A stretch of 64,000 nucleotides of DNA from an uncultured archaeon (GCA_964608675.1 CAZSOZ010000001.1:288001-352000), one strand, 5' to 3'. Positions 1 to 10,477 are shown, numbered from the stretch's first letter. Made by a program: numbers and translations. The notes: generated by a model not told the origin, from the letters alone.

Positions 1-773
1 TCTTTGAGTTTTTTTTCGTTTAATCCTTTTGAATTAATTTCATTTACGTCAACCAAAGATTCAAATATTTTGTTAAATGGATCGTGATAAACACTGCTTA
101 AAACAGAAATAATTACGTTGTCTTCTTTGCAGGGAATCCTTAAATTATTTATTTTAGTGGAATCTCTCCATATTTCATTTAAGTTTATTTGAAATGAATT
201 AACCGGAAAAAACAAGCTTTTGTGGGGTTCTGCAATATATGTAAAACCGTTTTCTTTTTTTTTCATTAAAGGATAATGCTGTAAGTTTTCATAAAACCAA
301 TTAAAAAACACTTTTTTGGTTTTTTTTGATTTTTCCCAGAAGTCTGCTGAATCAGAAAAATATTTTTTTTTCTTTAAAATCCTTTTTGTTTTATTGTAGT
401 TTTTTTCTTTAATTAAAAAATCAAAGTCTGCTGAAACTCTTAACATTGTTTTGCTGTAAATCGAATAATTCAAAGCAGTTCCTTTTATTGCAATAAAATT
501 TATTCTTTTTTTTTGGAATTCTTCTGCAAGACAGTCAATTTCTTTTTTATACAAGAAATTTTTTAATAAAATTTTTTTGTTTATTAAATTTAATTCTTTT
601 GCTGTTTTCGGAGCAAGTTTTTTGTTTATTTTTTTTGAAATAAATCCTGTTATTCTGTGATAAACACATAATTCCAAGAATTTTTTTTGATTAATTCCTT
701 TATAATCTTTTTTTTTGGTTTTTTCCTGTATTAATTTAATTAACAGTTTTTCTTCTGTTTTCATTTGAATCAT
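1..773 (-). CDS. Nucleotidyltransferase family protein (PF14907-like), 3' end runs off the window
   Basis: Manual translation from ATG 773 gives MIQMKTEEKLL...IKGTALNYSIYSKTMLRVSADFDFLI, which has the KG..L..Y...R...DxD motif. The frame is open to the window edge. Confidence 0.75.
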   Translation of the reverse strand, partial: MIQMKTEEKLLIKLIQEKTKKKDYKGINQKKFLELCVYHRITGFISKKINKKLAPKTAKELNLINKKILLKNFLYKKEIDCLAEEFQKKRINFIAIKGTALNYSIYSKTMLRVSADFDFLIKEKNYNKTKRILKKKKYFSDSADFWEKSKKTKKVFFNWFYENLQHYPLMKKKENGFTYIAEPHKSLFFPVNSFQINLNEIWRDSTKINNLRIPCKEDNVIISVLSSVYHDPFNKIFESLVDVNEINSKGLNEKKLK

Positions 774-833
774 TTTTATTATATTTTGGTTCTACTTTAA
801 ATTAAATAACAAAGAAATAAAAAAAGTGATTTA

Positions 834-1973
834 ATGAAAATTTTGTTTGTTTCCCCGTATTTTTTTCCGTTTGTAGGAGGTGCAGAAAATCATCTTCTTA
901 GAATCTGCAGTGAATTAAAGGAATTAAATCATGAAATAATTGTTTTTACTTCAACTAAAAATTCGCAGTCAAACAAAAAAATGAAAATTATTGTTTCTCC
1001 TCCTTTGTTCACTTATTCTAATACTCCTTTTAATTTTTGGGAAAACCAAATAAATAAAGTGATTGAAGAAGAAAAACCCGATGTTGTTGTCGGCTCTCTT
1101 TCCACTCCATTTATGGCTGATTTTTCTGCAGTAATCACAGAAAAAAAAAGGATTCCTTTTTTTTTAATGTACTATAATGATTTTATTCCAAAAAACTTTT
1201 TTGAAAAAGTTTTTCTTGAATTTTACCGGTTTTTTTTTATGAACAAAACCCTTAATTCAGCAGACAAAATTATTGTTCTTTCTGAGTATTATGCAAAAAA
1301 TTCTTCTGTTTTAAATCCTTTTTCAAAGAAAATTTCTGTGGTTTCTCCTTTTTTGCGTTTAAGGGAATTTAATTCTTTAAATGAATACAAAAAAACTTTT
1401 CCTGAAAACAAAGTGGTTTTGTTTGTCGGCGCATTAAACAAAGGCCAGAATTACAAAGGATTAAATTATTTAATTAAAGCAGTTTCTTTGGTTAAAAAAA
1501 TTTTTCCTGAAATAAAACTGGTTGTAGTTGGAAAAGGAAACAACATGAATTATTTCAGAAAACTGGCAGAAAAAAAAGGAGTTCAGTCAAATGTTTTTTT
1601 TGCCGGAGAAATTTCTCAAAAAAAACTTTTGTCTTTTTATTCTGAATGCAAAACTCTTGTTCTGCCTTCTGTTAATGATTCAGAAGGATTCGGCTTGGTT
1701 TTTTTAGAAGCAATGGCTTTCTCCAAACCTGTAATTGGAACCACTGCAGGAGGAATTCCCGCAATAGTTAAACATAATTTTAATGGTTTTTTAGTTGAAC
1801 CAAAAAACGAAGCAAAATTAAGCAAAGCAATTGAATTCATTTTAGAAAATGAAAAAAAAGAAAAAAAAATGGGGGAAAACGGCTTTAATTATCTGAAAAA
1901 ATTTTCTTCTAAAAAAAGCATTAATAAATTAATTAAATTGTTTGAGAGTGCATTAAATGAAAAAAAACAATAA
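834..1973 (+). CDS. GT4 family glycosyltransferase
   Basis: N-terminal PxxGGAE, YKGL, and EGFGLVFLEAMAFSKPVI GT-B motifs. Confidence 0.93.
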   Translation: MKILFVSPYFFPFVGGAENHLLRICSELKELNHEIIVFTSTKNSQSNKKMKIIVSPPLFTYSNTPFNFWENQINKVIEEEKPDVVVGSLSTPFMADFSAVITEKKRIPFFLMYYNDFIPKNFFEKVFLEFYRFFFMNKTLNSADKIIVLSEYYAKNSSVLNPFSKKISVVSPFLRLREFNSLNEYKKTFPENKVVLFVGALNKGQNYKGLNYLIKAVSLVKKIFPEIKLVVVGKGNNMNYFRKLAEKKGVQSNVFFAGEISQKKLLSFYSECKTLVLPSVNDSEGFGLVFLEAMAFSKPVIGTTAGGIPAIVKHNFNGFLVEPKNEAKLSKAIEFILENEKKEKKMGENGFNYLKKFSSKKSINKLIKLFESALNEKKQ

Positions 1974-3552
1974 AATTTTGATTTTATTAATTTTGTTTTG
2001 TTTGTTTGCAGTTCTTGTTATTCAGTTAACTTCCCCAACCTCTCTTTACAGAGATCCGTGGATGTTCAGGCATTTGGGGGCAGCAGAACTTGTTTTGAAA
2101 ACCGGCAATTATGTTCTTTCTGATGAATTTTTAGTTAAATTCAATTTTTTTGGAGAAGATTTTTTTCTTAACAATAACTGGTTTTTTTATTTTATTCCTG
2201 TTTTATCAGGAGTAATTTTTCATTTTTTGTCAGGCTTGAATATTTATTTTGTTTTTAATTCCTTTTATTTTTTGATTTTAATTCTGGCTTTATCTCATTT
2301 TATTTTGTTTAAAAAAATTTTTGGCCGCAACCGGATTGCTTTGGGGCTGTCTTTAATTTTTGTTTTGTTTCCTTTTGAGCCACTTTACTATAAGATTTCA
2401 GTTCATGGCTGGATTTTTGTAAGAATTTTTTCTGCGATAGCAATGTATTTTTTTGCAAGATTTTTGCAGGATTTTTCATTTAAATCAAAAAACTTTTTGT
2501 TTCTTTTATTTTTTTCTTTTCTGGGAATTTATTCTGACAAAAGCGCTTTTGTTTTAGTTCTGCTTCCAGTTATCTTGTTTTTTCTTTTTTATTTTTTCTT
2601 TGAAAGAAAAAAAGCTTCCAGTAAAACATCTTTGAATTATTTTTTTCTGGTTTTTTTGGTTTTGGTTGTTCTGTCTATTTTTTCTGTTTTTTATCAGCTT
2701 TTCTGGAGTTTTTTAGGAACCCTTTATAATTTCTTAAATTTTAATTTTATTCCTTCTTTTATTAAACCAAGCCTTCCTTTTTCTGAATTTTATTTAGCAA
2801 AAAACTTTTCTTATATTTTAATAAGATACCTTATTCCTTTTTTTGCGGTTTTTTCTCTTATTTTATTGAATTTCAAAAAAATAAAAGAACTTGCTTTAAA
2901 AAACAAAATAATTAAGGCATTTATTTTTTCTCAGGCACTATTTTATTTTTTTGCGGGTTTTTTTTCTTTGTTTTCTTTTGCTTTTGTTTCCAGCAGAGGA
3001 GCTTCAATGCTTTTCTTGTTTTTTTCTTTGCTGGCTTTTTTGGGGTTGTCTCAAATGAAAAAAAGTCTGCTAAAATTTTTTTTGATTTCATTTTTTTTCT
3101 TTTTTGTTTTAATTCTTCCTTTTCTTTATTTTACTCAAACTCCGCAGTTTCAGTATGAACAATTCAACGAAAAGCATGTTTCTTCTTTGGATTGGGTGAA
3201 CGAAAATTTATCTGAAACGGCAATTGTTTATTCAGATGTAAAAATGGCTAAAGCGGTTTCACTGAAAACCAGTTTGTTGGGATTTAACCCTAAATTTGAA
3301 TTTGGTTTTGTTATGGAAAACTATATTATGCCAGTTTATTTTACTGATGACTTAAATAAAGTTTTATTTTCATTTAAAGAAAAAGGAATAACTCATTTGC
3401 TTTTAACAAAGGAAATGAATTCTTTGATGGTTCAGCCTGCAAACGAGTTAATGAAGCCTGCAACTCATCTCAAAAAATTTGATTTTTCTGAAAACTTTAA
3501 CAAAGTTTTTGAAAACAAGCAGGCAGGAATTTACGAAATAAAATACAATTAA
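1957..3552 (+). CDS. Polytopic membrane protein, probable GT-C-fold glycosyltransferase-like
   Basis: About 12 hydrophobic segments, a DPW..H motif after TM1 and a C-terminal soluble domain (DWVNEN...VYSD...KVFEN). Overlaps the GT4 gene. Confidence 0.55.
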   Translation: MKKNNKILILLILFCLFAVLVIQLTSPTSLYRDPWMFRHLGAAELVLKTGNYVLSDEFLVKFNFFGEDFFLNNNWFFYFIPVLSGVIFHFLSGLNIYFVFNSFYFLILILALSHFILFKKIFGRNRIALGLSLIFVLFPFEPLYYKISVHGWIFVRIFSAIAMYFFARFLQDFSFKSKNFLFLLFFSFLGIYSDKSAFVLVLLPVILFFLFYFFFERKKASSKTSLNYFFLVFLVLVVLSIFSVFYQLFWSFLGTLYNFLNFNFIPSFIKPSLPFSEFYLAKNFSYILIRYLIPFFAVFSLILLNFKKIKELALKNKIIKAFIFSQALFYFFAGFFSLFSFAFVSSRGASMLFLFFSLLAFLGLSQMKKSLLKFFLISFFFFFVLILPFLYFTQTPQFQYEQFNEKHVSSLDWVNENLSETAIVYSDVKMAKAVSLKTSLLGFNPKFEFGFVMENYIMPVYFTDDLNKVLFSFKEKGITHLLLTKEMNSLMVQPANELMKPATHLKKFDFSENFNKVFENKQAGIYEIKYN

Positions 3553-3554
3553 AA

Positions 3555-3671
3555 TTAACAAACATTTTTTTTTGTAATCAAATTTTTTTTGCATACTGCA
3601 AATTCTTCGTCTTTTTTCTTGCATCCGTTTTCAAGTTTACTGCATAATTCTTTTGCTTTTTCTTTACTCAT
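3555..3671 (-). CDS. Putative small Cys-containing peptide (38 aa)
   Basis: Manual translation MSKEKAKELCSKLENGCKKKDEEFAVCKKNLITKKNVC*; fills the intergenic gap. Confidence 0.35.
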   Translation of the reverse strand: MSKEKAKELCSKLENGCKKKDEEFAVCKKNLITKKNVC

Positions 3672-3864
3672 GTGAACCCACATTAGTAAAGTTATTTTCT
3701 TTTTTAAGTCTTTCGGTTAAAAAAAAATTGGTTTGGTTTTCAGAAAAAAATCATCAAAAAAATTCATAAAAACAACAAAGAAATTATGTAAAAGAAGCTT
3801 TTTTTTAAAAAGTTGTTTCAAAAAAAATCAAATAAATTTTTTTGTTATGATTAATTCATTTTTT

Positions 3865-6800
3865 TTACTTTAATCTGACTGCATCTAAATCTCTTATTGC
3901 GTTTGAATTAATTCTGAATTTGTTTGAAACATATCTTGCGAATTCTATTGCAGTGTCTTTTTCTCCGTGGTTTACAATTATTTTTTTGGGTTTTGGATTT
4001 AAATTTCTTATATAGTTTACTAATTGGTTTCTGTCTGAGTGCCCTGAAAACCCTTCAACGGTTTCCACTCTCATGTTAATTGGCAGTTCTCTTGTTTTTC
4101 CATTATCGCTTATTGGAGTTTTTTTTAGTCCTTTTTGTATTCTGTTTCCTAATGATCCTTCTCCCTGATATCCGACAAACACCATTGTGTTTTTTGGGTT
4201 TTCTGCCATTTTTTGAAAGTATTGAACTGAAGGTCCTCCTGTAAGCATTCCTGAAGAAGCAATAATTATTGCTTCTTTTTCTTCTAAAATTTTGTCTCTT
4301 TCTTTTGCGTTTGCTGTCTGAAATAATTCTGAAGTAAAAGGAGAATCATTTTGGAGTACTCTTCTTTGAACTCCTTTTCTTAAGTATTCTGGATAAGCTG
4401 TATGAATTGCGCTTGCTTCTTTTGTCATTCCGTCAACAAACACTTTTCCGTCAAGCATTCCTTTTCTATAATATTCTTCTATTACCAGCATTATTTCTTG
4501 GGCTCTTCCAACAGAAAAAACCGGAATCAAAGTGTTTCCTCCTTTATGCATTGTTTCTTTTAAGATTCTGATTAATTGTTCTTCTGCTTTGTTTCTGTCC
4601 TGCTGTATGTCGTCTTTTCCTCCGTAAGTTGATTCAATAATCAAAGTTTCTAGTCTTGGATAATTAATGTCTACATTATTAAAGAGTCTTGTAAAACCAA
4701 ATTTAATGTCTCCGCTGTATACTAGATTGTGTGCTCCTTCTCCTATATGAAAATGAACTGAAGCACTTCCTAAAATATGTGATGCATTATGTAAAGTTAT
4801 TCTCATGTCAGGAGCAATATCTGTTACTTCTCTGTATTCACGTGTAATGCAGTATTTTAGCATTTCTTTTACGTCTCTTTCTGTGTATGGAGGTTCTTTT
4901 CCTTCTTTAATTAATACATCAATATAATCAAACTGCAGTAATGCCATTAAATCTCTTGTAGGTTTAGTATTATGCAAACAAATTGGAGCATTCCCTCCAA
5001 CAAAATTTTCATCTTCATCTACTGAAAAGTCATAAACATGGCCATTGCTTGCTTCAACTTTCTTTATTTTTGTAATAGGCAAGAAACTTAGATCAGATTC
5101 AGCCAATTTTGACAGGTTTTCTTGAATTGAATATGTGCTTCCCTTGGTGTTTACTATCCACCCTTTATCAATCAACGCTTTTAGTCTTTCTTTTGTAACA
5201 CTTTTCCTTTCTTTGAGTCTGTGATAATACCATTCTTTGTTGAAGTTTGTTTCTTTAAGGGGAATTATTTCAGTCGACTTTTTATCTAGTCTTTTTGTTC
5301 CTCCAAAATCACTTAAGTTCAAGGTTATTCTATGTGCAATATTTTTTGTTTTTGCTGAGACAACATGTCTTGAAAATAAGGTATAATTGATTCCAAGTTG
5401 GGTTAGAACATATGAAATATCAGAAACTAATCTTTCACTTACACTTATAGCGTGTGCAGTTTTGTTTAACAAATTTACTGTTCCGTCTCCCTTAAAATAT
5501 GCATCAACAAATTGCATTTTAAGTTCATTTGATACATTGAAAACTATTTCTGGGACATGTTTACTTGTTGCTTTTTTATATTCTTTGAAAAAGTAGTTTT
5601 TAAACAAATCCCTTACTACTATTGAATTAACTGAAACTGAAATAGTATTTCTATTTTTAACTGCTTCCTTTGCTTCTAGACCGAAAACTGTTTTAATGCA
5701 GTTCTTTAGTTCTTTAACTATTTCTTCTTCTTTTAATCCAAAAGTAAACCTAACAGCCCTTTTTTCAATGTGCCCTTCTGAAGCAAAGTAACCCAAAATT
5801 CTTAAGAGTTCTTTGTTGACCTCTAATACTTGGGGGATGCCTTTGCTTTGTTTTGTTTTAATTTTTCCATTTTTGAATAAATATTTGTTTTCATTCATTT
5901 TTCCCTTTAAGTTAATTAACTTAGTTTCTTGTGTTGGGATTTTTTGAGGCACTACTAATTGGTCACCTTCAGAAAGCTCGTTGACTTTAATTTCTTTTAT
6001 TTTTCCGTTTTTCAATACAAAAACACTGTGGCTTCCTGTCACTTTAACTTTTCTCCCTGTTTTTGCAGTGATTTCAAATAAGTCATCATCAACTGAATGT
6101 CTTATAACTTCTTTTACTTTTTTAAATCTGACTTTATAGTCTTTTTTAGAAAAACAAGGCACTTCAATATTTCTTTCAGGTTTCGCTGCAATAAATTCAT
6201 TGTAAGGTAATTCTTCTTTTTCTTTTGATTCATCAATTATTGAATCAATTACTTTTCCAATTTTTTCAGTTTTAATTACGCCATCTTCTTTAATCATTAC
6301 TTGTTCTTCATAATCTACGCTGCAATAAACAGGCCCTCGATAACCCATTTTAAATAATAATGGAATTAAACCTGAATGATCTAAATGCGCGTGGCTTATT
6401 ACTACTCCATCTAGCTGGTCTAATGGAAACCTTATTGCTTCAAGGTAAGGGTATGGTTGTTCAATATTTGCTACGTCTACTCCCACATCTAATAACACTT
6501 TTGTTTCAGGTGTTTCAATCATTAAACAGCTTTTTCCTACTTCCCTGAATCCACCTAATGCAGTTAATCTAACCCAGCCATTGTTTTTGTTTTTTTCTCT
6601 GTAAATTTTTTTTGCTGTTTCATTTAAAATTTTTTTTCTTTCTGAACTGTATTTATGAAGATGGTGCCTTATTCCTTTGAGTATTTCTGATTCGCTTGTA
6701 GGGCTTCTTAAAATATTAGGCGTCCAGCCTGTCTTTAAAATGATTTCTTTTGATGTTTCTCCGCCTTTTCCTATTACTAATCCGGGTTTTATTGCATCAA

Positions 6801-7104
6801 TTACTACTTCGCTGAAAGCAGGATTAAAGTAAATTTCTTTTATTTCTGCGCTTTCAGGAACCAATTCCTGAATTACTTTTTTTGCATGCATTTCGTCTGA
6901 CAAAAGGCTTTTGTCTGTTCTGATATTTACTCTTTTTTTTAATTCAAATGCAATTTTTGCAACAAAGTTTTCGTTTTCAAAAAAAGCTTTTGGATTTCTT
7001 GTATAAATTGCTACTTCAGGGCCTTCCATTTCAATATTTGTTATTTGAGTTTCTTTTGGAAGGTTTGACTGAATTATTTCTTTTACTTCTTTTAATGCAT
7101 CCAT
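3865..7104 (-). CDS. fttA: aCPSF1/FttA beta-CASP ribonuclease with KH domains, containing an intein
   Basis: N-terminal KH domains, LGGFREVG, HAHLDH, and FSGHSD; lies next to psmB as in other archaea. Length is 628 aa after removing the intein. Confidence 0.95.
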   Translation of the reverse strand: MDALKEVKEIIQSNLPKETQITNIEMEGPEVAIYTRNPKAFFENENFVAKIAFELKKRVNIRTDKSLLSDEMHAKKVIQELVPESAEIKEIYFNPAFSEVVIDAIKPGLVIGKGGETSKEIILKTGWTPNILRSPTSESEILKGIRHHLHKYSSERKKILNETAKKIYREKNKNNGWVRLTALGGFREVGKSCLMIETPETKVLLDVGVDVANIEQPYPYLEAIRFPLDQLDGVVISHAHLDHSGLIPLLFKMGYRGPVYCSVDYEEQVMIKEDGVIKTEKIGKVIDSIIDESKEKEELPYNEFIAAKPERNIEVPCFSKKDYKVRFKKVKEVIRHSVDDDLFEITAKTGRKVKVTGSHSVFVLKNGKIKEIKVNELSEGDQLVVPQKIPTQETKLINLKGKMNENKYLFKNGKIKTKQSKGIPQVLEVNKELLRILGYFASEGHIEKRAVRFTFGLKEEEIVKELKNCIKTVFGLEAKEAVKNRNTISVSVNSIVVRDLFKNYFFKEYKKATSKHVPEIVFNVSNELKMQFVDAYFKGDGTVNLLNKTAHAISVSERLVSDISYVLTQLGINYTLFSRHVVSAKTKNIAHRITLNLSDFGGTKRLDKKSTEIIPLKETNFNKEWYYHRLKERKSVTKERLKALIDKGWIVNTKGSTYSIQENLSKLAESDLSFLPITKIKKVEASNGHVYDFSVDEDENFVGGNAPICLHNTKPTRDLMALLQFDYIDVLIKEGKEPPYTERDVKEMLKYCITREYREVTDIAPDMRITLHNASHILGSASVHFHIGEGAHNLVYSGDIKFGFTRLFNNVDINYPRLETLIIESTYGGKDDIQQDRNKAEEQLIRILKETMHKGGNTLIPVFSVGRAQEIMLVIEEYYRKGMLDGKVFVDGMTKEASAIHTAYPEYLRKGVQRRVLQNDSPFTSELFQTANAKERDKILEEKEAIIIASSGMLTGGPSVQYFQKMAENPKNTMVFVGYQGEGSLGNRIQKGLKKTPISDNGKTRELPINMRVETVEGFSGHSDRNQLVNYIRNLNPKPKKIIVNHGEKDTAIEFARYVSNKFRINSNAIRDLDAVRLK
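4969..6321 (-). mobile_element. Intein with LAGLIDADG homing endonuclease (451 aa)
   Basis: Interrupts GPVYC|TKPTRDL. Starts SVDYEE, has block B VTGSHSVF, LAGLIDADG motifs LGYFASEG and VDAYFKGDG, and ends VYDFSV..ENFVG...LHN/T. Confidence 0.95.
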
Positions 7105-7180
7105 TAGTTCACTCTCTCTTTTTTTAAGTTAATCTTTTTATATTTAAGAAAAAAAAATTCAAAACCAAGTTTTTTTTTAT

Positions 7181-7783
7181 TTAATCCTGTTGTATTTCTC
7201 TTGTTCCGTTTTTGTCTATAATCATTATTTTTACTGAAATTCCACCGGAATAAAGGTCTCTTTTTTTTGAGGCTTTAACTGCTTTTAATGCTAATTCAAT
7301 TCCTTGTTCTGTTGAAATGTTTTCAGCATAATTTTGGTCTAAAACACTCATTGCAAGTTCTGTTCCAGAACCAGTGACTGCAAACCTTTTTTTTTCAAGA
7401 AGGCCTCCGGAAGGATCAATATCAAATAATTCAGGTTTATTGTTTATTCCTCCTACTACAAACTGCACAAGGAAAGGATAAAACCTGTTTGAATTCAAAA
7501 TGTTTGAAGCAAATGTTGCAATTGCTTTCGGAGTAATTTTTGTTTCTCTTTCTATTTCAAATAATTTTGCATGGCTTCTCAGAAACCTAACTAAAGTTAA
7601 TGCGTCTCCGACTGAACCCGCAATAGTTACTGCAACATTATCGCTTATTTTGTATATTTTCTGGACTTCTTCATCGTAAGCTAAATGCCCCATTGAAGCT
7701 CTCATGTCTGCTGCCAGTACAACAGAATCTTTTGTAACCAAGCCTACAGTTGTAGTACCAGTTTTAAGTTTTTTGTCTTCCAA
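7181..7783 (-). CDS. psmB: Proteasome beta subunit
   Basis: KTG|TTTVG autocleavage site and D-SGG motif. Likely TTG start at 7783 after a GGTGA RBS. Confidence 0.95.
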   Translation of the reverse strand: MEDKKLKTGTTTVGLVTKDSVVLAADMRASMGHLAYDEEVQKIYKISDNVAVTIAGSVGDALTLVRFLRSHAKLFEIERETKITPKAIATFASNILNSNRFYPFLVQFVVGGINNKPELFDIDPSGGLLEKKRFAVTGSGTELAMSVLDQNYAENISTEQGIELALKAVKASKKRDLYSGGISVKIMIIDKNGTREIQQD

Positions 7784-7897
7784 AAAAAAATCACCACAAT
7801 TAGTCAAGTGCGCCTATATTTAATGTTTTACTAACTATTTAAAAACTTAATTAACTAAACCGCAAACATTAAAAATAAAAAAAGACTAAATGCTGTT

Positions 7898-8536
7898 ATG
7901 CCTGCAAGAAAAACTGCGATGCACAAATATCTTCCTGAAATAAAAAAAGAATTAAAATCCAAAAAAACAGGCTTTTCAGAAAAAACTCTTTTTTTAGAAC
8001 AAGCATTCAAAAAACTAAAGAAAAAAATTCCAAAAGAACGCCTTGGATTATATCTTCAAAGAACAATGCGTAATTCAAAAAATAAAGCTGAAAGAATTTT
8101 TGCAGTTAGAAACTTAATAAAGTATTCAGGTTCTGAATCAGCAGCCAGGCATTTAAGAAAATCAGTATTTTTTGACAGAGATCCTTTGGTAAGGCTTTCT
8201 GCTTTTCAGGAACTGCTTAAAACAAATGTTTCTGATTCAATTAAAAGAAAAATATTTTTGGAAAGATTTTTCAGGCAGGAAGTTATTCTGGATCCACAAT
8301 ATTCAAAGCAGACAACAACTGCAAGAGCTTTTTTTAAAAAAGAATATATTGATGCTGTTGCATTTAATAAAAAAATGAAAGATAAAACAAAACTTGTTTT
8401 TTTTGAGACGGCATTTAAGAGAATTGAAAAATCAAATGTTTTTGAAAAAAAACTTCATTTGAACGAATCAGTTAAAGAACATTTGCAGTCAAAAATTGAT
8501 TTTTTAAAGCAAAAATTGAACAGAAAAGCAGCTTAA
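7898..8536 (+). CDS. Basic hypothetical protein with HEAT-like segment
   Basis: Long Lys/Arg-rich ORF containing DRDPLVRLSAFQEL, a HEAT-like motif. Confidence 0.6.
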   Translation: MPARKTAMHKYLPEIKKELKSKKTGFSEKTLFLEQAFKKLKKKIPKERLGLYLQRTMRNSKNKAERIFAVRNLIKYSGSESAARHLRKSVFFDRDPLVRLSAFQELLKTNVSDSIKRKIFLERFFRQEVILDPQYSKQTTTARAFFKKEYIDAVAFNKKMKDKTKLVFFETAFKRIEKSNVFEKKLHLNESVKEHLQSKIDFLKQKLNRKAA

Positions 8537-8625
8537 AGCAAAAACTTTAAATTAAACTAAAAACAAAGTTAAATAAACAAATTTTCTATTGAAAAAAAAG
8601 AAAAAATAATTCGTGAGGTCATTTT

Positions 8626-9396
8626 TTGAAGAATTTGTTTATTGGTGTTTTAGTTTTGTCTGTTCTTTTGTCTGGATGCACTGAAGACAGCACAGGACAG
8701 GCATTTAAAAGCTTGAACGAAAAAAAAGTTCTGCCTCCTGTTGATTCAACAATTCAGGTTCCTTCAACTCCGCAAAACTTGACTGCAGTTTCAGGACCAA
8801 ACACAGGCCAAATAACTTTGGATTGGAATCATTCAGATGAAAACGTTTCTGATGGAAACATTTCTTATGAAACTTACTGGTGGACTAATGACATGAATGG
8901 AACAGACTATAATGGAACCATCTATTCAAATTTAACTTATTTAACACATACTACTCCTACTCCATCTGAAACAGGTTTACTGCATTACTATAAAGTTAAA
9001 GCCTGTAATTCTTTTGGATGCAGTTCTTGGTCTAACACTGATTCAGCTTACCCTAAATTAGGCGCTGAAGCAAACGGACCTTATACTGCTTTAGAAGAAC
9101 AAGGTTTTATGGTAAGCGGAAATGCATGGTATCGATCAACAAATCCAAGTTATTATTGGTATTTGTCTGATACAAATTCAGATGTAAACTGTTATGTTTC
9201 AAGTCCATTCAATCAAAACACTACTGTTTATTGTGCTAACACTGGAACAATAACAATTAATTTAAGGGTTTCAGCTGCAAACGGAACAGAGTATGATACA
9301 GCGTTAATTACTGTTGACTCTAATTCAAGCAGTTCAGGATGCATTCCGTATTATGATAAGACTACTGGAATGTGGATTCCTTGTTCATCTGAATAA
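8626..9396 (+). CDS. Secreted lipoprotein with fibronectin type III and PKD-like domains
   Basis: LSGC lipobox; PSTPQNLTA...LDW...YYKVKACNSFGCSSWS (FN3); AEANGPY (PKD-like). Confidence 0.75.
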   Translation: MKNLFIGVLVLSVLLSGCTEDSTGQAFKSLNEKKVLPPVDSTIQVPSTPQNLTAVSGPNTGQITLDWNHSDENVSDGNISYETYWWTNDMNGTDYNGTIYSNLTYLTHTTPTPSETGLLHYYKVKACNSFGCSSWSNTDSAYPKLGAEANGPYTALEEQGFMVSGNAWYRSTNPSYYWYLSDTNSDVNCYVSSPFNQNTTVYCANTGTITINLRVSAANGTEYDTALITVDSNSSSSGCIPYYDKTTGMWIPCSSE

Positions 9397-9427
9397 AAGT
9401 TTTCTGTTTTAAAAAACAGAAACTTTT
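9395..9427. terminator. Imperfect hairpin plus poly-T between convergent genes
   Basis: AAAAGTTTTCTGTTTT-AA-AAAACAGAAACTTTT followed by a T-run. Confidence 0.45.
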
Positions 9428-9443
9428 CTTTTTCTTTTTTTTT

Positions 9444-10442
9444 TTAGTATTTTGGAATGATTTTGTCTATTTCGGTTATTACATAAGTTTCAAGATAAGC
9501 TGCAATTAAAAGCAATGTAAATGAAATCATCATTAAAATAAATGCATGAGTTAAAATTCTTTCAAATCTTTCTGATTCAAAGTTTTCTTTTGCTAATCCT
9601 TGTGAAGCAATTCCTCCTGAGATTGCTGCAGTAAAATACGTTAATGCTTCCATGGCTGTATGCGGAAGAACAGTAAGCAAAAGCAAACCAAAAAAAACAA
9701 TCGGGTTTTTGTCTGCAATTGGCGCTAACTCCAGAGATTTGTGGGCAAAAACTATTCCCCAGACAGATGCATTCCATGTAATAATAAACATTGCTCCAAA
9801 ACCGTAAATTAATGCTACAAGAAAAGTGACAATTAAAACCCATAAATTGTTTTGAATTATTCCAATAAAGAACTCAAATTGCCGGCAGTCTCCTAACAGG
9901 CATTCTTTTGCAGCGCTTCCTGTTGCTTCTCCTGTTGAATTCCCTAAAATTCTTTCATATGCTTGAAATTGTTCTCCGAACATGTATTTGTCTGAAACAA
10001 GTTTTTCTTGTCCTCCTTTGATTACAGTAAACTGGATTAATCCATTATAGTTTCCGTCTTCCTGCGGAAGAATAAAAATCATTAATCCAAATAACAAGAA
10101 TGCACCGAAAAAAAAATACAAGTACACTTGAATTAAATGTTTGTGGTCTGACCATAAACTTTTAACTGAAAACTTTTTTGATCTAAACTGTAATTCAGTT
10201 ATTTTTAAGCCGTTTGCTTCTACTTGTGTTTCTCTTCCTTCTCTTAATGCAAGTTCTTCAATTAGTTTGCTGATTAAAGGCATTAATGCCATTGAAGTAA
10301 AAAACACTGATACAATTCCAATATAGCTTGGAAACAAAAAAAACGCTACAATTATTCCTATTAAAGCATAAACAAACCCCATCATAAAAGCTCTGTCAGG
10401 AGAAGCATGTAGTTTTGCTGGATTAATAAATTTGCTTATCAT
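9444..10442 (-). CDS. SpoIIM/DUF95 family membrane protein
   Basis: I..NNL.V, WNASVWG and LPHTAME motifs; multiple TM segments. Confidence 0.8.
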   Translation of the reverse strand: MISKFINPAKLHASPDRAFMMGFVYALIGIIVAFFLFPSYIGIVSVFFTSMALMPLISKLIEELALREGRETQVEANGLKITELQFRSKKFSVKSLWSDHKHLIQVYLYFFFGAFLLFGLMIFILPQEDGNYNGLIQFTVIKGGQEKLVSDKYMFGEQFQAYERILGNSTGEATGSAAKECLLGDCRQFEFFIGIIQNNLWVLIVTFLVALIYGFGAMFIITWNASVWGIVFAHKSLELAPIADKNPIVFFGLLLLTVLPHTAMEALTYFTAAISGGIASQGLAKENFESERFERILTHAFILMMISFTLLLIAAYLETYVITEIDKIIPKY

Positions 10443-10477
10443 GCATAAAAATAGGTTTACCTGCTTTAAAACTTTTC

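Noticed and set aside
3700-3864. AT-rich quasi-palindromes (e.g. AAGCTTTTTTTTAAAAAGTT) as a MITE or REP family
   Set aside because: Too low in complexity to distinguish from background homopolymer runs or terminators.
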